Assembly (NCBI GenBank): GCA_002898235.1
Contig: BEIL01000001.1
Span: forward strand, 125,041-189,040
From: a bacterium HR35
GTDB lineage: Bacteria > Patescibacteriota > Minisyncoccia > UBA6257 > HR35
Direction of reading: 5' to 3'
Length of the DNA: 64,000 bases
Shown here: in pieces, positions 59,826 through 64,000 of the stretch
Layout of the letters: the number at the start of each line of letters is the position of its first letter
Position numbering within the stretch: the stretch's first letter is position 1
Translations under genes and position numbers: made by a program
Notes under the pieces: generated by a model
What the model was told of the DNA's origin: nothing
The model's input: only the letters and a program-made list of their open reading frames with translations
Databases searched by the model: none

Positions 59826-59884
59826 AAACCTAAACCTGACCTGCCCTATATATACTATATTAAGGCAGGTTAGGTTGGGGGTTT
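59826..59884. promoter_or_regulatory. Inverted repeat flanking an AT-rich core, immediately upstream of the serine recombinase gene; candidate att/res-type recombinase binding site
   Basis: GAAACCTAAACCTGACCTGCC - ctatatatactatattaa - GGCAGGTTAGGTTGGGGGTTT. The half-sites AACCTAACCTGCC and GGCAGGTTAGGTT are near-perfect reverse complements. Confidence 0.4.
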
Positions 59885-59961
59885 ATATTGCGGATAGGAA
59901 GACAAATATCTATTTTTACAAAAATTTATCAATTTTGGGCGAAATTTATTATAATTCACAT

Positions 59962-61593
59962 ATGAAAATGGCAGGGCTAAAATATATCATTTATGCTAGA
60001 AAGAGCTCAGAAGCAGAGGATAGGCAGGTTTTATCTTTAGAATCTCAGGTAGAAGAATTGCAAAAATTAGCAGAAAGAGAAGGTTTAGAGGTTATTGATG
60101 TCCTTACTGAAGCTAAAAGTGCTAAAGAGCCTGGAAGAGAGATATTTAACTTAATGATTGAAAAAATTAAGAAAGGAGAAGCTAATGCTATTTTATGTTG
60201 GAAGATAGATAGGTTAAGTAGAAATCCTATAGATTCAGGGACTATTCAGTGGCTTTTACAAAAAGAAATAATAAAAGAAATTAGAACTCCTGAAAGAATT
60301 TATAGACCAGAAGATAATGCTTTGTTATGGGCAGTTGAAACTGGTATGGCTAATCAGTACATAAGAGATTTGGCTATTAACACTAAAAGAGGTTTAAAAA
60401 AGAAGGCTGAGAAGGGATTTAAACCTGGATTAGCTCCATTAGGATATATTAACAACAAATATGCTCCTAAAGGAGAACATAATTATTTTCCTGATCCAGA
60501 AAGATTTCCTATTATTAGAAGAGTTTTTGAAACTTTAGCTACTGGAAATTACACGCCAAAAGAAGTTTATAGAATGGCAACTGAAGAATGGGGTTTAACT
60601 AATAGATATGGCAAAAAACTTTCTTCGAGTAAATTTTATACTATGTTAAGATGTCCTGATTATTATGGAGAATTTGAATATCCTAAGGGTTCTGGTAATT
60701 GGTATAAAGGCAATTATGAACCAGCAATTGATAAAGAAACTTGGTTATTGGTTCAAGAGATTTTGAATAAAAAAGGCAATCATAAAAATAGAAAAATTAT
60801 TCATATGTTTAGAGGTTTATTAAGATGTGGAGAATGCGGAGGAGTTTTGACTAGCTATGAAAAGATAAAGAAAAATAAAAAAGGTGAGGTTTTTAGATAT
60901 GTTTATTATGAGTGTGCTAAAAAGAAAAACTATCCAGGCATTTGCTCTCAAAAACCTATTAGAGAAGAGGAATTAGAAAGATAAATTTTACAGGTTTTAT
61001 CAAATATTAGTATTCCTGAAGCAATTCATAATTGGGCTATAAATGCTTTAAAAGAAGAACAAAGAAAAAGAAGAGAAGACAGAGAGAAAAATTTAAGCCA
61101 TTATAAAAGAATGTATTCGGCTATTACTAATCAAATAGACAATCTCATTAATATGAAATCATTAGGAGAAATTACTGATGAAGAATTTCAGAGAAGTATT
61201 GTTTCTTTAAGAAAAAGAAAACAAGCTATTGAAAATATGTTAAGAGAGCAGGAATATGAAGATGAAAACTGGATTGATTATGCTATTGATTATGTAAATA
61301 TTGTTGGAAAAATAAAAGAGGCTTATATTAATGGTGATATAGGGATAAAGAGGACAATCTTAAAGTGTATAGGTTCTGAATTTATAGTAAAAGATAAAAA
61401 ATTGAATATAAAGATAGAGCCTATATTTATGGTTCGAATAATGGAACTTCCTGGTGAATTAGAGACGGGGGGTGTATTCGAACCAGTCAAAAATAAAGAA
61501 AAGCAAGATTTTAACAGGGATTTTGAAAATATAGAAGAAAATCAGTCCTCTTTGCTCCGGGGGCAGGATTCGAACCTGCGACATCCTGGTTAA
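59962..61593 (+). pseudogene. Large serine recombinase (resolvase/invertase-type catalytic domain, recombinase domain, zinc ribbon and C-terminal coiled-coil) interrupted by a single in-frame TAA at 60982-60984
   Basis: Catalytic block LKYIIYARKSSEAEDRQVLSLESQ with the nucleophile Ser, and zinc ribbon CGECGG...YYECAKKKNYPGIC. The same reading frame continues without a stop from 60985 through track ORF 61111-61593. The final ~13 codons are translation of antisense tRNA-Asn, so the true C-terminus is probably earlier. Confidence 0.7.
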
Positions 61594-61626
61594 CAGCCAG
61601 GCGTTCTACCGCTGAACTACCCCGGA
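61555..61626 (-). tRNA. tRNA-Asn (anticodon GTT)
   Basis: Manual fold of TCCGGGG-TA-GTTC..GAAC-G-CCTGG-CTGTTAA-CCAGG-..-GCAGG-TTCGAAT-CCTGC-CCCCGGA-G with anticodon GTT. Confidence 0.85.
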
Positions 61627-61663
61627 ATAAATTTTAGTGTTTTATATATTATTATACCACAAC

Positions 61664-62341
61664 TCAATAAATTATTGTTCCAATGAATTTTTTGTTTTCT
61701 AAAAATCTTTTTAGGTGACTTAATTTTCTACCATTAATTATAACAACTTTAAATTTAAATTTTTTAGCAAGTTTTGAAGCAATAGGATCAAAAGGTGCTG
61801 ACATTCCTGGAGTCCAATCGTTTCTAATTAATTTTAAGTAATTAGACCAAGAAATTTCTCTAAGAGGTTTAGCATCTTTATATTTATTCGGGTCTTTATC
61901 ATAAACATAATCAATATTTGTTAAATTTATTATTGTATCTGAACCATAAGTTTTTGCTAACCAAACTGCATCATAGTCAGTGCTAAAACCTGGTTTCCAA
62001 CCAGCAGCAATTAAAATTTTTTCTCTAAAATTTACTTTTTCTTTTGGATTTTTTATAATTCGGTAATAAGCTTTGTCTCTAAAAATCGTTAGAAGCAAAT
62101 GAGCATTTAAACGAGTAGCATGAATTCCTAACCAATCAAGATCTTCGGTTGATGGTTTTGTTAATTTTTTAGCTGCTTGTTGATATTTACGGGCTATTTT
62201 TCCTCCACCAACAATAATAATGAATTTAAAATTTTTCTTGGTATAATAGTCAATTAAATTTTTAAATTTTTTTAAAAAATTAAAATCAATTTCTTGAGGA
62301 ACAACCAAACTTCCTCCAAGAGAAATAACGAAAAACTTCAT
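61664..62341 (-). CDS. pyrH: Amino-acid kinase family protein, most like archaeal-type UMP kinase (PyrH)
   Basis: MKFFVISLGGSLV nucleotide-binding N-terminus and IIVGGGKIARKY glycine-rich loop. About 225 aa, the size of archaeal-type UMP kinases. Confidence 0.5.
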   Translation of the reverse strand: MKFFVISLGGSLVVPQEIDFNFLKKFKNLIDYYTKKNFKFIIIVGGGKIARKYQQAAKKLTKPSTEDLDWLGIHATRLNAHLLLTIFRDKAYYRIIKNPKEKVNFREKILIAAGWKPGFSTDYDAVWLAKTYGSDTIINLTNIDYVYDKDPNKYKDAKPLREISWSNYLKLIRNDWTPGMSAPFDPIASKLAKKFKFKVVIINGRKLSHLKRFLENKKFIGTIIY

Positions 62342-62405
62342 TTTCAGTTTATTTTATTAAAAATAAACCGAAAAATAAAAATTTTTGATTATAAAATATC
62401 TTATA

Positions 62406-63467
62406 ATGGTTTATGATTTTTCTCTTTATGATTATAATCTACCCGAAGAATTAATTGCTAAAGAACCAGCTAAACCAAGAGATTTTTCAAGGCTTTTTAT
62501 TTATTCTGTCAAAGAAGATAAAATTTTGTTTGATAAATTTTTTAATCTTGATAAATATTTATCTAAAGATTGTTTTTTAGTTTTTAATAATACTAAAGTT
62601 TTGCCTTCGAGAATAGAAATGATAAAAGAAACAGGGGGAAAAATTAAAATTCTTTTTCTAATTAATGAAATAATTTATAGTAGAATTAATAAAATTAGAG
62701 GGATAGTTGATCGAAAATTAGAAGTGGGTCAAAAGGTTTATTTTCCTGAAAAGAAAAAATTTTTAATTGCTATTTCTCAAGAAAAAAATATTTTTACTTT
62801 CGAAATTAATTTTGATTTCCAAGAATTTCTAAAACTTCTTAACACTTATGGCGAAGCTCCTTTACCTCCGTATCTTAAAAAAACTCCTTTAACCAAACAA
62901 GAGGCAAAAAAGAAATATCAAACTATTTTTGCAAAGAAAGAGGGATCGGTGGCAGCGCCAACTGCTTCATTTCATTTTACTCAAAGAGTTTTAAATAAAT
63001 TAAAGAAAAAGAAAATTAAGCATTTTTTTGTTACTCTTCATGTTGGTTTAGGAACTTTTAGTCCAGTAACTGAAAAAAATATTAAGAAGAAAAAACTTCA
63101 TCAAGAATATTGGGAAATAAATGAAGATGTTTATCAGCAGATTCTAAAACTTAAAAAAAATAAAAAATTAATTGCTGTAGGAACAACTACTACCCGGCTT
63201 TTAGAAACAATTGCTCGGAAAAAATTAAAATTTAAAAACAAAAAAGCAATTGGAACAACTGAACTTTTTATTTTTCCTCCTTTTGAATTTAAATTAGTTG
63301 ATGGCTTGATTACTAATTTTCATTTGCCTAAATCAAGTTTAATGATGCTTGTTGAAGCTTTTTTGCAATTTAAAAATTCAAAAAGACATTTAAAAGAACT
63401 GTATGAAATAGCTATTAAAAATAAATTTAGATTCTATTCTTTCGGCGATGCAATGTTAATTATTTAA
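62406..63467 (+). CDS. queA: S-adenosylmethionine:tRNA ribosyltransferase-isomerase QueA (track ORF starts at TTG 62385; ATG at 62406 is preferred)
   Basis: N-terminus MVYDFSLYDYNLPEELIAKEP and conserved GEAPLPPY block. Confidence 0.85.
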   Translation: MVYDFSLYDYNLPEELIAKEPAKPRDFSRLFIYSVKEDKILFDKFFNLDKYLSKDCFLVFNNTKVLPSRIEMIKETGGKIKILFLINEIIYSRINKIRGIVDRKLEVGQKVYFPEKKKFLIAISQEKNIFTFEINFDFQEFLKLLNTYGEAPLPPYLKKTPLTKQEAKKKYQTIFAKKEGSVAAPTASFHFTQRVLNKLKKKKIKHFFVTLHVGLGTFSPVTEKNIKKKKLHQEYWEINEDVYQQILKLKKNKKLIAVGTTTTRLLETIARKKLKFKNKKAIGTTELFIFPPFEFKLVDGLITNFHLPKSSLMMLVEAFLQFKNSKRHLKELYEIAIKNKFRFYSFGDAMLII

Positions 63468-63473
63468 TCAAAA

Positions 63474-64000
63474 ATGTTTGAAGTAATAAAATTTTCAAAA
63501 AAATCAAAAGCTAGATTAGGGATTATTAAAACTTTTCATGGAGAAATTAAAACTCCAGCTTTTGTTCCTGTTGCCACTAAGGGAACTATTAAAGCTTTAC
63601 CTCAAATATTTTTTAAAGAAATAGGGATTCAGTTAGCTTTTGTTAATACTTATCATCTTGTTAATCATCCAGGAGCTGAAATAATTGATAAAGCTGGCGG
63701 TATTCATAAATATGCTAATTTAAATTTACCTTTAATGAGCGATTCTGGTGGTTTTCAAGTTTTTTCTTTAGCACAAAAAAAGAGAGTTAAATTAAGAAAT
63801 GACGAAGAAACAATTTTAGTAAAAATTGAGGAAGATAGAGTTGTTTTTAGGTCAAATTTTAATAACAAAGAATTAGAATTTACTCCCGAAAAATCAATTG
63901 ATTATCAAATAAAAATTGGAGCTGATCTTGTAATGGCTTTTGATGAATGTATTACCTATCCAACAACTTACGATTATGCTAAAAAAGCTACCCAAAGAAC
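63474..64000 (+). CDS. tgt: Queuine tRNA-ribosyltransferase (5' part; the gene continues past the window edge)
   Basis: Manual translation from ATG at 63474 gives MFEVIKFSKKSKARLGIIKTFHGEIKTPAFVPVATKGTIKAL...MSDSGGFQVFSL, the canonical Tgt N-terminal blocks. Adjacent to queA. Confidence 0.85.
   Translation, partial: MFEVIKFSKKSKARLGIIKTFHGEIKTPAFVPVATKGTIKALPQIFFKEIGIQLAFVNTYHLVNHPGAEIIDKAGGIHKYANLNLPLMSDSGGFQVFSLAQKKRVKLRNDEETILVKIEEDRVVFRSNFNNKELEFTPEKSIDYQIKIGADLVMAFDECITYPTTYDYAKKATQR

Larger units (their letters stand above)
59308..61626. mobile_element. Remnant of an integrated phage-like element (TerS-like gene, large serine recombinase) abutting tRNA-Asn
   Basis: Phage-type genes next to a tRNA, slightly higher local GC, a nonsense-interrupted recombinase and repeat structures. 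Boundaries are uncertain; the left end could lie as far left as about 54.2 kb. Confidence 0.45.

Overview
A 64 kb, AT-rich (roughly 30% GC by eye), densely coding bacterial chromosomal segment. Its gene content and style look like a small-genome, Patescibacteria (CPR)-like organism. Proteins are lysine-rich, short and often overlap. Start codons have no Shine-Dalgarno motifs upstream. The 16S gene is not followed by a 23S gene. There is a Gram-positive-style type IV pilus locus and several peptidases. These phylogenetic inferences are not verified.

The housekeeping backbone includes uvrB, gatB, prfB (with its programmed +1 frameshift directly visible), ftsEX, ndk, rpmF-nusB-rnc, cca, murC, gap, argS, tmk, rplK-nusG-secE, clpB, rplI, ctpA, recO, glyQS, aspS, queA and tgt. 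There are three tRNAs (Gly-CCC, Val-GAC, Asn-GTT) and one complete 16S rRNA on the minus strand. The bases in brackets in those tRNA names are the anticodons.

The most notable items are these:
- A full-length reverse gyrase (1163 aa), a thermophily marker, alongside a GC-rich 16S in an AT-rich genome.
- A 16S 3' tail whose anti-Shine-Dalgarno core CCUCC is replaced by AUUCU, consistent with the absence of Shine-Dalgarno motifs.
- A tightly overlapping three-gene operon: a small protein, a membrane-anchored VirB4/VirD4/HerA-like ATPase, and an RmuC-family putative nuclease.
- A type IV pilus operon (ParB-like, pilB, pilC, a giant minor pilin, pseudopilins, major pilin) headed by a translationally coupled ParB/Srx-fold protein.
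- A degenerate integrated element next to tRNA-Asn: a TerS-like gene and a large serine recombinase interrupted by one in-frame TAA, with a candidate att/res inverted repeat.
- An island of ORFan secreted proteins, a macro-domain protein and a peptidoglycan-binding trypsin-like protease.

No CRISPR array was found. Every call rests on motif recognition by eye; no searches were run.
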